Below are positions 63,062 to 64,000 of a stretch of DNA of 64,000 nt, piece by piece (within the stretch, counting starts at the first letter, position 1; each line of letters begins with the position of its first letter). Position numbers and translations under genes: made by a program. The stretch comes from an uncultured Trueperaceae bacterium (GTDB lineage: Bacteria; Deinococcota; Deinococci; Deinococcales; Trueperaceae), in the NCBI GenBank assembly GCA_963727505.1, contig CAVSGP010000004.1, positions 544,001-608,000 of the forward strand. The letters are read 5' to 3'. The notes under the pieces were generated by a model. It was not told the DNA's origin and made no database searches. It saw only the letters and a program-made list of their open reading frames with translations.

Positions 63062-63985
63062 TCACCAGCCGCGCGTGGCGAGCAGCTCCTCCTCCTTGAG
63101 GGTGTCGAGGTTGATGCCGACCATGGCCTCTCCGAGGTTCCGCGACACCTGCGCCAGGATCTCCGGGTCCTCGAAGTGGGTGACCGCCTTGACGATGGCC
63201 TCGGCACGCCGCAGCCACGCCTCATGACGCTTGCCGTCGTCCTGCTCGCTCATGGCCGACTTGAAGATGCCGGAGCCCACGAAGACACCGTCGAGACCGA
63301 GTTGCATCATCATGGCGGCGTCCGCCGGGGTGGCGACGCCACCGGCTGCGAAGTTCACCACGGGCAGCTTGCCGGTCTCGTGGATGGAGCGCACCAGGTC
63401 GACGGGTGCGCCGTGGTCCTTGGCGTAGGCCATGAGCTGCTCGGGGCGCATCGCCTGGATGGCGCGGATCTCCCCCATCACGGCGCGCGCGTGGCGCACC
63501 GCCTCCACCACGTTGCCGGTGCCGGCCTCGCCCTTGGTGCGGATCATCGCCGCGCCCTCCCCGATGCGCCGGAGCGCCTCGCCGATGTTCGTGGCCCCGC
63601 ACACGAACGGCACCGTGAAGGCGAACTTGTCGATGTGGTAGGCCTCATCGGCCGGCGTGAGCACTTCCGACTCGTCCACGAAATCCACGCCCAGCGCCTG
63701 CAGGATCTGCGCCTCGACGAAGTGGCCGATACGGACCTTCGCCATCACCGGGATCGAGACCGCATCGATGATCTGCTCGACCAGCCCGGGATCGCTCATG
63801 CGGGCCACCCCGCCCTGCGCCCGGATGTCGGCCGGCACGCGCTCCAGCGCCATCACCGCCGTCGCTCCGGCATCCTCCGCGATACGCGCCTGATCCGCCG
63901 TGACGACGTCCATGATGACGCCACCCTTGAACATCTCGGCAAATCCGGTCTTCACCTTGGTGCTGCCGATCTTCTTCTCTGCCAT
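63062..63985 (-). CDS. pdxS: PLP synthase lyase subunit PdxS
   Basis: 'KGGVIMDV', '[11 protein letters not shown]', 'RTKGEAGTG', '[13 protein letters not shown]'. SD AAGGAG. Confidence 0.96.
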   Translation of the reverse strand: MAEKKIGSTKVKTGFAEMFKGGVIMDVVTADQARIAEDAGATAVMALERVPADIRAQGGVARMSDPGLVEQIIDAVSIPVMAKVRIGHFVEAQILQALGVDFVDESEVLTPADEAYHIDKFAFTVPFVCGATNIGEALRRIGEGAAMIRTKGEAGTGNVVEAVRHARAVMGEIRAIQAMRPEQLMAYAKDHGAPVDLVRSIHETGKLPVVNFAAGGVATPADAAMMMQLGLDGVFVGSGIFKSAMSEQDDGKRHEAWLRRAEAIVKAVTHFEDPEILAQVSRNLGEAMVGINLDTLKEEELLATRGW

Positions 63986-64000
63986 GGCCACTCCTTCTCG

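Overview
GC-rich (~70% by eye) bacterial chromosome segment, most consistent with Deinococcota (Truepera-like). Support for that placement: a five-domain S1, a long RecJ, many leaderless starts and a HAIR-like site before lon. Most of the window is housekeeping: plsX, rluD, a peptide-utilisation/ABC cluster, rpsA, htpX-lemA, mnmA, recJ, argS, lon, tpiA, argB, ppc, tRNA-Leu(GAG), trmH, lipBA, ppa, pdxST and a class A PBP. One lower-GC accessory island (~12.3-18.6 kb, about 50-57% GC) stands out. It is bracketed by two outward-facing TPR + SARP/OmpR-like wHTH regulators. It also holds a THUMP RNA methyltransferase, an HD-GYP protein and an unannotated 33-aa secreted-type peptide gene with a 240-nt leader rich in GGGAG. 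Just downstream lie two candidate small RNAs. One is C/U-rich with UCCC loops and sits behind a pho-box-geometry direct-repeat promoter. The other is G/A-rich and complementary to it. The C/U-rich RNA is also complementary to the peptide leader. Together these suggest a peptide / TPR receptor / sRNA / sponge circuit (inference). A second notable locus is an ExbB-ExbD motor operon whose TonB/TolA-like partner ends in a DUF3048 domain instead of TonB_C. Several apparent +1 frameshifts occur only in the island and may be sequencing errors.
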